Below the pieces are notes generated by a model, which worked only from the letters and a program-made list of their open reading frames with translations, searched no databases and was not told where the DNA came from. Source: Octopus vulgaris (taxonomy: Eukaryota). From it: a stretch of DNA of 64,000 bases. This document shows, piece by piece, positions 38,424 through 52,992 of the stretch (position 1 is its first letter; the number at the start of each line of letters is the position of its first letter). Made by a program: the position numbers and the translations under genes. The stretch spans positions 27,652,001-27,716,000 of the forward strand of contig OX597827.1 of the NCBI GenBank assembly GCA_951406725.2. The letters run 5' to 3'.

Positions 38424-39588
38424 TCTCTTATATAATAGATCTCATTCCATTCGTTATATATTTAGCAAAATTTAACATGAGATCATCTTTGTCAATTTCT
38501 TTTCAGTATTTATTATTTATTCATTTCTTACTTCGGGTTTATCATCTGTCACCGACCTCACCAATCCTTAATCTTAAGTCTTCGGTTTTTCTCAGTACAG
38601 TTTGAAAAGCCTCCAGAGGAGAAACTTTGAAGTCACTGTCAGACTTAAAAAATAAGCATATAAATGTACGCACAATCTCATGTAGTTATATATACGTGTA
38701 TGTGATATAAATGTATACATATGTATATGTACGTGTGTATGTATATGTGTATATATATATATATATGTATGTGTATATAAATATATGTGTGTATATAAAT
38801 ATATATGTATATATGTATATGTATCTACATACACATGTATATATGTATATATAATATTTATATATATATGTAAATATATATATATATATATATGTATGTG
38901 TATGTATGTATATATACATGAGCGTGTGCGTGGGAGAAAGACAGAGAGAGAGAGAGAATAAGAAAGATACTATGAGATATATTATTCACATTGTCGCATA
39001 AGTATCTATATATATATATATGCACATATATATATTTACATATATATATAGATACATATATATGTATATATATATGCATACATAATGTGAATAATATGTA
39101 CTTATCTATATTTATCGAACAAAACAGATAACCAGATAGCTAGATAACTATTCCTCTCTCTCTCTCTCTTTTCCTCTCTCTCTTTCTCTAAATATATACA
39201 CACACTCAGTCATACGAACATATCCAAAAGAAGCACGTCTGTTTGCCGTCGTTAACCGTCATATGTTCGCAACCAGGCATAAGTGTGTGTGCGTGTGTGT
39301 GTATGTTTGCGTGAATTTTCATGTGTGTGTGAAAATGTGTGTATGTGTGTGTTTGTGTAGGTGTGTGTTTGTGAAGGATTAAAAACAGACGCTTATGTCT
39401 ACATACTTAAATCCCAGCATCAAATGCAACTTTATCTTCGCCATAAACTCCTGCACCCAGTCACCGTAAACATTGCAATGTCACAGGATAAACCTGATAG
39501 CATTGTTGATATTAGCAGCAGATTAAATCACAACTTTACGACCAGATACAGTAAGAATAGTAGGGTCTCACCTATCATATACATACAT

Positions 39589-39622
<34 letters not shown>

Positions 39623-39731
39623 GTATGTATATATATATATGTATATATATGTATATATATATATATATGTATATATATGTATATATATATATATATGTGT
39701 ATATATGTATATATATATTTATATGTGTGTG

Positions 39732-39785
<54 letters not shown>

Positions 39786-40034
39786 TAAATATATACATAT
39801 ATATAGATATGCAGGTGTTTTTCTATCTATCCATCTATATCTATGTAACTTTATAAATGTATACTTAAATGTAGAAACACAGACAAATATACATATACAC
39901 AAGCACGCACATAAACACAGACACACGCACACAAACATATATATAGTTAGTGTTTATGATAATGATGATACAGAGGATAATGATGATGATGGCGACGACG
40001 ACGATGACGATGATGATGGTCGTTATACTTCGAA

Positions 40035-40074
<40 letters not shown>

Positions 40075-40096
40075 CACACACACATACACACACATG

Positions 40097-40198
<102 letters not shown>

Positions 40199-40628
40199 TA
40201 GAGGTATTGCATTCACTGCCCTCAATAAACTGTTAAACAGAGAGTGACACAGAAAAGAATTTCGGTTTATTATTTTAAAACAGACCCCCACCAAAAACAA
40301 AAAAAAATGCAGAAGAAAGAAGCAAAAAATAAAGAGAAAACGTAAAAGGAAAGAAAAGGGAAGAAAAGAAATGTAAACGGTAGTAGAGGAGAGTAAAAAG
40401 AGAAAAAGAAGAAAAACAGGAAAAGGAACAAGAAGACGGAGAAGAAGAAAAGTCGAGAAACAGTTGTAAGGTAAACATGGAAGTGTTGTGTGTTTCATCA
40501 TTGGCGAGTTTTGTAAACATTCGGAGCGGATGTTGTAAGTAAGATGGCCTCCATGGGATAAGTAAATAATATTATTCAGCCATTAGGTGAAATAACAACC
40601 ACAACACGAACAACAATAGCAATGATAA

Positions 40629-40663
<35 letters not shown>

Positions 40664-40680
40664 ACTACTACTACTACTAC

Positions 40681-40715
<35 letters not shown>

Positions 40716-40725
40716 GTAAGTGTAA

Positions 40726-40775
<50 letters not shown>

Positions 40776-40834
40776 ATGAGGAGGAGAGGTGGATGAAAAG
40801 GAAGAGGAGGAGGGGGATGGTGATGATGATAGTT

Positions 40835-41300
40835 TGAAATTTTGGCACAAGATCAGCAAAATCGGGATAGTGGTTAAGTCGAATACATCGACCCCAGAAT
40901 GTAACCGGTATTTATTTTATGGACCCTGAAAGGATGGAAGGCAAATTCGACCGCGACGGAATTTAATTGAGAAAGTTCAGAACGTGCTGACAGACGAAAT
41001 GCCGTTTAGCATTTTACCCGGCTTCCCAACGATTCTGCCACTTCGCCGACTTAACGATGATAATAATAATAATAATAATAATTATAATAATAATTTCAAA
41101 TTTTTCCACAATGGCAGCAATTTTGGGGGAGGGGATGAGTCGTTCACATCGACTCTGGTGCGTAACTGGTAATTATTTAATCGACTTTGAAAGGATGAAA
41201 AGCAAAGTCGACCTCGGCGCAATTTAGACTTAGAATGTAGCGACGGGCGAAATAACGCTAAGCATTTAGCCCGGCGCGCTTACCATTCAGCTCGCTTATT
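40835..41300 (-). mobile_element. Two adjacent SINE family B copies (40835-41050, 41095-41300)
   Basis: Each has gaaaggatg(g/a)aa..gcaaa..cgac..gcggaattt-type body, separated by (AAT)n. Confidence 0.8.
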
Positions 41301-41380
41301 GACTAAATAACAACTACAGCAACAACAACAACAACAACAACAGCAACAATAACAACAACAATAATAATAATATTAATAAT

Positions 41381-41774
41381 AAGCCGGACATAGTCGTAAT
41401 TGAGAAGGAAAACAAACTATGCTGGATCATAGACAGCATGCGCAGCTGACAACAAATTATGCGATAAGGAAGAAAGAACAGTTGAGAGATATGTCAGGTT
41501 AGCTTGGGAAGTTAAGCAGTTGTGGGCCATGAAAAAGGTAGTAGTAGTATCAATAATTGTCGGAGCCCTGGGAACGGTGACCAAAAATCTCGAGAAGTAC
41601 GTGGAACAAATAGGGGCTGCTATAAGTGTGGAGCACTTGTAGAAAACAGCACTGCTTGGAACCGCTCGGATACTCCGCAAGGTTCTTCGGAAAATAAGAG
41701 ATGTTTCCATAGTTCACTGGTAGTGAACAGCTGACACTGTAATACATCTCCAGCGTTAGAAGCTGTTCAAAGTC

Positions 41775-41775
<1 letters not shown>
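41381..41775 (+). mobile_element. R4/Dong 3' fragment (RLE domain + 3' UTR)
   Basis: KPDIVVIEKENKLCWIID..VERYVRLAWEVKQLW..IIVGALGTV..KTALLGTARILRKVL; (AAT)n on both sides. Confidence 0.88.
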
Positions 41776-41863
<88 letters not shown>

Positions 41864-41909
41864 TAATAATAATGATAATAATAATGATAATAATAATAAT
41901 GATAATAAG

Positions 41910-43077
41910 TGTTGACAATTAAAAAGAAGTTTAAGTTATGACAATTAACAAAGAACTACACCCCAAAAGTGATACTGACAGACTGTATGTGTCTAGGAAT
42001 AGGGGAAGAAGAGGCCTCGTAGGATGCAAGATCTGTGTTTCAATGAGAAGAACAGTCTGGGATGGTACCTCAAACAGCAGAGTGAATCCTTGTTTGCTGC
42101 TTTTAGAAATAACAATATAATACCTACCGAAAATGTGATGCACCCACAGACATTTAAGAAAGAAGATGAAGAAAAAAAGTGAACAACTGGAAATTGAAAC
42201 CACTGCATGGACAATACCTGAGAGAAGTCGAAGGAAAAGACAAGATCAACACTTGGAGATGACTAAGAAAAAATGATGTGAAATGATGCTGTGAGGCATT
42301 GATATGCAGCGTCCAGGAACAAGTTCTGAGAACTAATTACACCAAGTTCCAAATAGATAAGAATAGCGAACTGTCTCTTTGTAGGATGTGTGACAGCAGA
42401 AATGAAACAATCTCATACATTGCGAGTGAGTATAGCAAGCTGGCCCAAAAGCACTACAAAATGAGGAACGACAACGTTGCTAAGTTCATCCATTGGAGGC
42501 TATGTGAAAAATATCTGAAGAGAGCACGGAAATGATACGACCATGAACCAGAAGGGGTCACCGAGAATAGGGAACATAAAATACCGTGGGGTTTTACAAT
42601 CCAATGTGACTCCCTAATCGAGGCTTGGAGACTAGATATTGTTGTGGTAGATAAAGGAAAAAGGGAAACCAAGACCATAGATATTGCAATATCCGGCGAT
42701 GCACGCATAAATGGCAAAAAAACTAGAAAAGATTGAAAAATACAGACTACTAAAAGACGAAATTGCAAGAATGTGAACCATGAGGAGAGTGTCTGTCATT
42801 CCAGTAGCTGTAGGGGCATTCGGAGCACTATCAACCAGGCTGAGAAATATGCCAGAGAAATCAGAATTGGCATGAGAGCAGAGCAAGCTCCCCAAACTGT
42901 ACTGCTGGGGACAAGTAAGATTTTGAAACTGGTGATGGATGTTGTATGTCTCCCATGAAAATTAACAACCAAGTACCAAAGCTCATAATGTGCGGAAAGA
43001 GACCCAGAGAGATCTCTGACGTCAGATCTCCGAATCTACCAGAGCAAACAAGACCTAGCGCTCTGAGAAGTGAAACA
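41910..43077 (+). mobile_element. R4/Dong 3' fragment, second subfamily, decayed
   Basis: LHPKSDTDRLYVSRNRGRRGL, PLHGQYLRE, QEQVLRTNY, CRMC..ETISYI, RNDNVAKFIHW, LDIVVVDK, IDIAISGD; preceded by (AAT)n. Confidence 0.9.
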
Positions 43078-43129
43078 ATAAATAATAATACTTTCTACTA
43101 TAGGCAAGGAGACCAGATATGGTTGTAGA

Positions 43130-43400
43130 GGACAAAATAAGCAAAGAGTCTAAGATTATGAACTTTACAATACTATCAAAGAATGGATATCAAGGAAATT
43201 GAAAAAATTGAGAAACATCAAGACTTAAGCAGGAAGTCTAAGATGGCAATTATTCCAGTGGTAATAGGTGCACTTGGCACAACACCCGAAATGCTACTCA
43301 GGAGGGTGAGAGCTACTCGAATCGAGATTTTCAGTTTCGACTTGAAGAAAAGTACCATTCTGTTATTCTGCAAGAATTCTGAAGAGAATTGGGTTGCCCA
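43130..43400 (+). mobile_element. R4/Dong extreme 3' fragment, third subfamily
   Basis: KEIEKIEKHQDL..IIPVVIGALGTTP..LKKSTIL. Confidence 0.75.
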
Positions 43401-43969
43401 ACAAACCAGCAACAATAGCAAAAAAAAGAACAAAAAAAACCAAAAACAAAGCAAACTGTAATAACAAAAACTGGAATGAACGGCAACAACAAAAGTAACA
43501 GTAAACATAACAACAACAGCAGCAGCAGCAGCAGCAATAACAACAACAACAAGACGCACAAGAAATGCAACAGAAAAACAACCACGACAGCAACGTAAAC
43601 AACGACAGAAGCAACAACAACGAAATCGTTAGAATTACCAGCAAAAGTAACCATAACGAAAAATAAAAAAAGAACAACAAAAGCAGAAACAACAGCAACC
43701 ATAATACAAGAACAACAACGGCGACAATAGCAATAGAACAACAAAAACAATATCATTACAACATGAAAAACTTTAAGTATGTATGAAAGAGATCTTGACT
43801 ACATTATATATTGCTATACAACCGAACGTTTGTTAGTGAATTGGTATGTATCATATGCCAAAGATTATTCAGTGCAAATAGCTGAAATATTTCTTTATCA
43901 AATTACATTCTCCGTGGAGCTTACATTTATATCTAAACACTCTGACTCACTGACGAGAACGCCGCCATT

Positions 43970-44065
<96 letters not shown>

Positions 44066-44290
44066 GGTGGCAGCGAGCTGGCAGAGGGGTTAGCACGCTG
44101 GCTGGACGAAATGCTTAGCGGTATTGCGCCTGTCGCTACATTCTGAGTTCAAATTCTGCCGTGGTCGACTTTGCGTTTCATCCTTTCGGGTTCGATAAAT
44201 TAAGTACCAGTGAAATTCTGCAGTCGATGTAATCGACTAGTTCCCTCTCCGCAAAGCTTCAGGTCTTGTGCCTATAACAGAAAGGTTGTT
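44066..44290 (+). mobile_element. SINE family B; copy at 45246-45470 appears identical
   Basis: ggtggcagcgagctggcagagg..gtgcctataacagaaagg, between (ATT)n tracts. Confidence 0.9.
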
Positions 44291-44308
44291 TATTATTATT
44301 TATTATTA

Positions 44309-44400
<92 letters not shown>

Positions 44401-44403
<3 letters not shown>

Positions 44404-44765
44404 TAGTTTTATTTTTATTTTTTATAGCGTGCTTAAACTTCACTACCGAGCGCAGCTCTGTGTGCCTTGGGTATGTGCTGTGATTGGTTGTGATGCTCTG
44501 ATGGTTATTGTATGGAAAGTGTTCTTCGTAGGATGTGTGCAGTGCCTTGTAGTGCAATTTTCTGTATGTTATATGTGTTTGTAAGTCCTGGTGTTTTTGT
44601 TATGTATTTGTCTGAATATTTTTTTATCATGCCTAATGCACCTACTATGATAGGAATTGTTTCTGTTTTCAGATTCCACATTCTAGTTACCTCTATTTCC
44701 AGGTCTTTGTATTTTGAGAGTTTCTCCATTTCTTTTAGAGACACGTTGTCATCTGCCGGTACTGA
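44401..44765 (-). mobile_element. R4/Dong 3' fragment, copy 1
   Basis: SVPADDNVSLKEMEKLSKYKDLEIEVTRMWNLKTETIPIIVGALG..HILRRTLSIQ; (ATT)n flanks. Confidence 0.92.
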
Positions 44766-44770
44766 TTATT

Positions 44771-44833
<63 letters not shown>

Positions 44834-44836
<3 letters not shown>

Positions 44837-45197
44837 TAGTTTTATTTTTATTTTTTATAGCGTGCTTAAACTTCACTACCGAGCGCAGCTCTGTGTGCTT
44901 TGGGTATGTGCTGTGATTGGTTGTGATGCTCTGATGGTTATTGTATGGAAAGTGTTCTTCGTAGGATGTGTGCAGTGCCTTGTAGTGCAATTTTCTGTAT
45001 GTTATATGTGTTTGTAAGTCCTGGTGTTTTTGTTATGTATTTGTCTGAATATTTTTTTATCATGCCTAATGCACCTACTATGATAGGAATTGTTTCTGTT
45101 TTCAGATTCCACATTCTAGTTACCTCTATTTCCAGGTCTTTGTATTTTGAGAGTTTCTCCATTTCTTTTACAGACACGTTGTCATCTGCCGGTACTG

Positions 45198-45198
<1 letters not shown>
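44834..45198 (-). mobile_element. R4/Dong 3' fragment, copy 2
   Basis: Same 5' truncation point as copy 1; only a couple of visible substitutions. Confidence 0.92.
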
Positions 45199-45245
<47 letters not shown>

Positions 45246-45246
<1 letters not shown>

Positions 45247-45470
45247 GGTGGCAGCGAGCTGGCAGAGGGGTTAGCACGCTGGCTGGACGAAATGCTTAGC
45301 GGTATTGCGCCTGTCGCTACATTCTGAGTTCAAATTCTGCCGTGGTCGACTTTGCGTTTCATCCTTTCGGGTTCGATAAATTAAGTACCAGTGAAATTCT
45401 GCAGTCGATGTAATCGACTAGTTCCCTCTCCGCAAAGCTTCAGGTCTTGTGCCTATAACAGAAAGGTTGT
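45246..45470 (+). mobile_element. SINE family B duplicate
   Basis: Same sequence and same downstream imperfect ATT pattern as 44066-44290. Confidence 0.9.
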
Positions 45471-45544
45471 TTATTATTATTTATTATTATTGTTATTATT
45501 ATTATTATCTTTTTTTTTTTTTTTTTTTTTTTTTTTATTATTAT

Positions 45545-46100
45545 TGAGTGAGAGAGCACTTCATGCCATCAAAGTGACACTGGGGTAAATTATACGAAGC
45601 CCAATATACCCATCATGACTACCCGTCTGATAAAGGTACACCAGGCACATGCATCACAACCATATGTGCGCGACATGGTGATCTCATATCAAGATAAACA
45701 GCACATGACCTTGCAGGTGGGGCCCAATTAGAATTTTCTTCAGGTTGAGTAGCCCATCCCGCTCAAACGGTCCCTGAATAAGGGTTGTTTAAGGATGTTG
45801 AAAGAACCACCCATGTTTCCAGAGGTGAACTATTCAAACCCCAAAGAATCCCTCTCAACACATGGCTATGATGCTCCCCCACTACTTCTGCTCGTGATCA
45901 GAGATGCACATATCGTCAGCCACTAAGGGACATGCTCAGCTGGTTAAAGTCAAACAACTGACAAGCAAATCTGTGGTATTGAGCAGAATATTTGCTGTAG
46001 CCCATCTTTTATACCAAGACAAAACAATGTACATGATAACACTTCCAATCAGTTAAGATCAGAAGCCATGAGAGCCACTGCCTGGTACTGCATCAGGGCA
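45545..46100 (-). mobile_element. ~555-bp non-coding (TAA)n-embedded element
   Basis: Homologous end to end with 36659-37186, which lacks a ~26-bp internal segment. Confidence 0.85.
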
Positions 46101-46253
<153 letters not shown>

Positions 46254-46319
46254 GTTATCATCACCATCGTCATCATTGTCATTATCATTATTATTATAAT
46301 TGTTATTATTGTTATTATT

Positions 46320-47300
46320 GTTATGGAAGTTGAACGCCCCTATCCGGTGCACAAAGACTACAGGGAGTGGATTAGGGAGCCAGTCAGCTCCCTAGAAGAG
46401 ATGATTAGTAATGACAGCATGATGCTAGCTACGAGAAATTTCCTCGACTATTCCTTTATTGCAAAATACGAAAACTTTGCTGTAAAAAACAGGGACTTGC
46501 TAGTTTAATGTATAGGGAACAGAATCTATTCGACGAGCCTGGTTTGTCATTGCTCTCTGGGAAACGGGTTCGGCATGCTATGTCTGTTGATGTGCAGACA
46601 CAAGTTAGGGGCTTCACCACCCACAGAGGTTGTTGGACTTATGTTCTCACTGTTAGTCTGTTTGACGGAACTGCAGTCCTGGGTCAAGAAAATATGAAGA
46701 TTGGGCATCAGATATCAGATATGTCATCGGGCGCTTATTGCCATCTACAACTTGGATAATGTGGTCAATGGAAGAGCCATTTTAGCAGAGCATGGAGGAT
46801 TAGTGGCGATAAAGAGTGATAATATTCTTGGGAAAATTCTAGTCGTCGAAAAGGACAAACTGACCGGTCTGTTTAAGTGGGCTTTCTGTCTTCGGATAAA
46901 TTCCAGAAGTCTTTAGCCTAGGAGTACTATAGGTCAGGTCAGATGAAGCCAGGTGTGGGAGCATGTGCCGTTAGAGCGTGTCGCTGCATTCACTATTTGT
47001 TGGTATATTCCCTGGGTCCTTCCCGGGTGACCCGTTGAGCGGAGTCCCACTAATGGTAGCCCATAATCCTGCGAAGCAGCCTGGTACCAAAGGAGTTCAG
47101 GTGACCCTGAAGGCCCCGAAGAATGTCTAAGCCTCACCATTATAGATTAGGACAGCGAAGACCAGAGGCCTAAAAATCTGAAAATTTGGTGATAGTGTTC
47201 TTGATATGCACTTGGAGGTAATCGAACAACAGTTAGGAGAGGGCTTCAGGTCTTGTTGGTCAGAGTAGTCTTGAATCTGCAGGGTTCCTTGTTTGGCCAT
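46320..47300 (-). mobile_element. Possible ancient LINE (APE-region) remnant
   Basis: GC-richer complex block; minus strand ends IGAFNFHN (GDFN-like) at an ATT tract; other motifs are weak. Confidence 0.3.
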
Positions 47301-48246
47301 AATTAGAGACTGCTATGAAGCAGGACGGCTCTACCATCTGTGTGTTTACATATTTTGCATTCATTTATAATTTCAGTTATTCCCTATTTTTTCCTCCCCC
47401 TCACCCGATTTTATGTAAAACCCTAAACAAATCGTAACTTACCCTTTGCGACACGTCTATGTGGCAAGGAAACAAAACATCATAATCGTTGTCATCATCG
47501 TCATCGTAATCAACATCATCGTTATCGTTGTCATCGTCATCATCATCATCGTTGTCCCAATCACCCCACTCCCAAACACCCCAACCTTTATCTTCATTAT
47601 CATCTGCATCACCACGACTATCGCATCAACACTACAACCACAAACAACCATATTACCACCACCACCACCTCCCCACCGTCATCGTTATCGTTAATATCAC
47701 AATTATCACAATTTTCGACACATCCTTCGTCTCTCCACGAAAAACCATCGCCGCTACCACCACCACCACCACAACCAGCAACAACAACAACAGCAACAAC
47801 TACCGCTGCCATAACACAAAATGCTGCAAACCACCCTCTCTATTTTTACCACCATATCAACCAACTTCACTCTCATTAACACCACCGCAGCCACCACAGC
47901 TGCCATCGCCGCCGCAACCTCCACCGCTACCAGCACCACCACCACCACCAGCGTCACCACCAGCGTCACTTCTCTCCTCTTCCCGTTCTAATCAATGGAA
48001 TCGCTATAAGAAGATACGCAGTTGTTTACCGAATACAAACATTTCTCTTTAGTGTTAGGCATGAGTAGAATGGAGCAGTGTTTTGGGGTAAAAGTACAAA
48101 TATTGCAGCTTCAGATGGAAGGGTCTGATATTCTGCTGACATGCAACTTTTAAGAATTTATCTCTTTTTACAATCAGTATTTGTTTGTTTGCTAAGCTAG
48201 GAAACCTTACATAGTTATCTGAGATTAGTTTTTATTGTTATATCTG

Positions 48247-48603
48247 TGAAGGCACAATGACCAAGTAGTTAGTGCAGCGGACTCGCGGTCTAGGATCGTC
48301 GTTTCGATCCCCAGGCCGGCTGTTCTGTGTGTTTATTGAGCGAAAACACTTAAAGCTCCACGAATCTCCGACAAACCCTGCTGTATTCTTTCATCACCAC
48401 TTTCTCTCACTCTTTCTTCCTGTTTCTGTTCTACATGTATTTCAAAAGGGCCAGCTTTCTCACACTCTGAATCTCTCCCGAGAACAACGTTAAGGGTACA
48501 CTTGTGTGTGGAGTGCTTAGCCACTTGCACGTTAATTTCATGAGTGAGCTGTTCCGTCGATCGGATCAACTGGAATCCCCGTCGTCGTAACCGACGGAGT
48601 GCC
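48247..48603 (+). mobile_element. SINE family C
   Basis: tRNA-like head and the same tail as 5002-5328. Confidence 0.85.
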
Positions 48604-48739
48604 GTAGTATTGTTATATCTGTTTGGGAGAATGCACACTCATATACTCGTGAACGTGTGACTTATTTGTGTAGCAAGCATACATCTTCGTACACGACTGG
48701 GTTCAAAGTTTTAGATTTTTCTGTATCTTCATGTGTGTG

Positions 48740-48780
<41 letters not shown>

Positions 48781-48914
48781 TGCAGATTGAAACGGCAGTT
48801 TCTAAATTCATATTTAACATTTCCAGAGTTTCACAGTTTCATCAAAAAGTTATGAAGAGATTTTTCGCCAAAGGATTTTTCACTGGTAGCTTTATATACC
48901 AGCCATATACTGAT
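48382..48914. repeat. Left arm of a long inverted duplication (partner 60889-61385)
   Basis: SINE tail, unique flank, TA tract and a further ~130 bp are all mirrored at 60889-61385. Confidence 0.93.
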
Positions 48915-48934
48915 ATATATATATATATATTCTT

Positions 48935-49150
48935 TTATTCTTTACTTATATTTTTTTACACGTTTCTGTCATTTGACTGCGGCCATGCTGGAGCACCATC
49001 CTTAGTCGGACAAATCGACCCCAAGAATTATTCTTTATAAGCCTAGTACTTATTCTATCGGTCACTTTTCTCGCACCGCTTGGTGACGGGGACGTAAACA
49101 CACCAGTGGCGGTTGTCAAGCGATGCTGGGGATGGGGGACAAACACACAC
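48935..49150 (-). mobile_element. SINE family A, 3' half (a 5' half lies at 50371-50483)
   Basis: Reverse-complement tail and body. Confidence 0.83.
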
Positions 49151-49324
49151 ACACATACATATATATAAATACATATATATATATATATAGAATGGTTGTA
49201 TACTGTCAATCTAACACGAACGTGACAGTAGGGGGGGGGTACACCACCGCTGTATAGCCCTAGGAAGCATCGACGCCTCCTACGAAGTCGAGACAAATAT
49301 CGCCAGCTGACCGGTGTCTGCTAC

Positions 49325-49369
49325 TCTAGGCCGATGAAGGACAATGATCCGGAAACACGTGTCCCTAGA
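49325..49369 (+). ncRNA. Minimal type I hammerhead motif with CCGAUGA core
   Basis: ucuagg CCGAUGA a gga-caauga-ucc g GAAAC acgu GUC ccuaga; 6-bp helix I; palindromic ACACGUGU helix III; GUC cleavage triplet. Confidence 0.78.
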
Positions 49370-49498
49370 TGCAGCTCCGGCGGCCGGGGGTGTTTGTCTC
49401 CCCTTCGTAAATGTATATAAGGACACAGAGAAAAATGTGTCAAAGCTATCAGACTTATACATAAAATCTAATATAGTAGAACATTTAGTATATGTCTG

Positions 49499-49549
<51 letters not shown>

Positions 49550-50330
49550 GTGTATGTATATTGCCTGTTATATACATTATATTATTATCTTTATAATTTA
49601 CTTCCATCTTTACCTTTTAATTGTCACTTTAATTTTAACTTTCCTATGATATACAATTTTCAAGATGGTGTAATTTGGTTGTTCATTTTGAACCGATAAA
49701 AGGGTTTTTTTTCAAATATTTTATGTATAAGTCTGTGTTTATATATATGTATTGGTATAAATATCAACACACAAAAATATTTTTTCTTCTTCTCCATTTC
49801 CTCCCTTATTTTTATTTTTTTATTTATTTTTTTTTTTAATTTTCATATTTATTTTTATTTTTATTTTCCCTTTTCTCTTTTTGTCTCTCTCCCCTTCTCC
49901 AAACACACAGAGACACACACACACACGCACACAAACACACACGGACACACAGAGACACACACACACACACACCTCCACAAAACGATCATAGAAAGTATGA
50001 CCCCAAATGACATTTGTCCGGCCAGCCTACCCACCAACACACACTCAGTGACACCAGAATGGACAGAGAGCTAAAATTCTTAGAAAACCCTAGGGGTCCA
50101 ACAGGCCAAAGGAAATCCTTCGTCTTCTTCCCTCTCCCCTCCCCTTTTTCTCTTTAGCCTCAGATACAAACGCACACACACACACACACACATACACACA
50201 CACATACACACACACACACACACACATACACATACACACATGTTCTCTCTCTCTCACTTTCTCCTCACCCACCTCACCCTCTTATACTGTCTTGTCCCTC
50301 CTCACTACTACGAAACTCTATAAAATGACC

Positions 50331-50371
<41 letters not shown>

Positions 50372-51239
50372 CGACGGGCTTCTTTCAGTTCCCGCCTACC
50401 AAATTCACTCACAAGGCTTTGGTCGTTACGAGGCGACAGTAGAAGACACTCACCCAAGTTGCCACGCAGTGGGACTGAACCCGTAAAGAAGCTAAAAATT
50501 GACCTGAGCTAGTTCTGAATGCAGAACACAAAGAATCAGGATAATTACCGTAATACATGTAGGTTGATATTTTATACCAGTTATCTACTGAAAAATAAAT
50601 AAATAAATGAAATAAAAAATAAATCGGTTGGATTTGATCTCTGCACGCTTGAATCTGCAAAGAAATACCGTTAGGCATTTCGTGCGACACACTACTGTTT
50701 CTGCCATACCACTGCCGGCTAAAAGTCTAGCGACAAAAATTCTGTCGACGGAATGTATATGGAGACCCCTGCCAGCACGTCACTGTCTTTAATTTCAAGC
50801 GCAGCTACATATCTACGCAATACAGGTGATAGAGGTTATAGAGGTCAGGCAGACCATAAAGGTCGCATAAACGCTGAATCGGCGAGACCACAGAGTACAA
50901 ATTGATGTTGAAATATATCGCAATGTTTTGACCTAGCGAGAAGTTTACTCAACTGTTCAATACAATCCATAACTTAATTATTAAACTGTTCAATAGACTC
51001 CAGTTTTGGCAGTGACTCATGCATTAGGTAATTGAATAACAGCAGGTTGCGAAATTCATAGATCGTTGGACGCTGTTGGTTCTTCAAATTAATATACCGT
51101 GTAGAATTTTTACTTTCACATATTGAAGCTGTATAGCATCTGGATATCTATATTCGTGTCTCTCTCTCTCTCTCTCTCTCTCTGTCTTTTTATCTATCTA
51201 TCTATCCATCCACCCATCCATTGATCTATCTATCTATCT

Positions 51240-51280
<41 letters not shown>

Positions 51281-51400
51281 GATATTCGTGTGTACGTATT
51301 TGTATGTGTACATATATGTACATAGATATATGAATATATTATTATTCATATATATATATTTGTTTATATGTATGTATATGTATAAATATATGCGTGTGCA

Positions 51401-51474
<74 letters not shown>

Positions 51475-51508
51475 TATGTATATATATATATGTGTGTGTG
51501 TGTGTGTA

Positions 51509-51549
<41 letters not shown>

Positions 51550-52421
51550 TTATTTATTTATATAAGTAAATGTATGTGTGTATGTGCGTGTGTGAGTCTG
51601 TGTGTTTGTGTGTAAGTGCAATGTGGTTTAAAATTTCACTTCACAATTTTAAAGTCACGGTTTCGATTTCGCTGCGTAGCATCTTGGTCAAGTGCCATTT
51701 CCTACACCCACTGGTCGTCCGATGCCTTGTGGGTGAAATTAAGGCGATTAAAACCTGTTTCAAAACCCTTTGAATGGATCGTACCTGAAATTTAAAGGTC
51801 CATTATTGTCATACAGTGTATCGCTGATTCCCTCAAATAATTCCATTAACACAATGTAATTAAGTACCAGTCACATGCTGGAATGAAACACACATATACA
51901 TATATAACACAAAGTAATAACATCGATCATCATCATCTCAGCATCAACAACTACAACAATAATATTTTATAAATTACTATAACAGCAGCGGCAACAGCAC
52001 CAATAAGGTTAACAACTGCCAAGAGCATGAAGTAGCTGCAACAGCAACAACAACACTGATAACAAAGGCGTCATATGTACACACACACACACTGACACAC
52101 ACAGTGTTGGAATTATCTTACAGTATGAGATTATTCAATTAGAGGTTAATCTGAGTCAGACAAACAGACAGACCGTAAAACATTCAGTTTGACAGTTTGA
52201 CATCCACACACACATCCAAGCATACAGTTACACACACACACACACACACACATACATGCATGCACATAAATAGATACACACTGTACGAACACACATTTCA
52301 ACATACAAAAACACAAATATGTAAATATACACTCATGCATGTATCTCCCTTTCCCTATCACGTGTCTGGTTGCAAAAAGCGAATATATCATATATCATAT
52401 GTACATGAATACATACACACT

Positions 52422-52516
<95 letters not shown>

Positions 52517-52606
52517 CATAGTTGAAATTTGTTGAAAAACAAGACGAAGACAGGTTTATAAATAACAAGCAAATGTATTTATTTATCGCTAGGGAAAAAT
52601 GAAAAA

Positions 52607-52645
52607 GTCTTTTACATTTCGAGTCTACACTCTTCGACAGATAGG
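52607..52645 (-). ncRNA. Hammerhead-like motif with CUGUCGA core
   Basis: Minus: ccuau CUGUCGA a gagu-guag-acuc GAAAU GU A aaag; perfect 4-bp helix II. Confidence 0.42.
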
Positions 52646-52961
52646 AATAAGAGAAAATAAACAGAGCGAAAATGAAAAAAAACTTGAGTTCAGCGGTCCA
52701 ACATGGCGGTATGTATACATATGTGTGTGTGTGTTTGTGTGTGCAATGAATATATAGATTTGACGTAAGACGTTTGCTTCCCAGCCACATAGTTTCGGGT
52801 TCATGGCCCCTAACCTAAAAAACCTAGTGAAACAAAAGGTTTGGTAGACAGAAACTGATGGAAAACTGTCGTATGCTCGAGACGTAAAAGACTTTCTCAC
52901 TTCCCGAGCGCGTGTTGTTTACACACCCGTCTTTGTCTTTTTCTTTTTCGTAAATTCTCAC

Positions 52962-52990
<29 letters not shown>

Positions 52991-52992
<2 letters not shown>

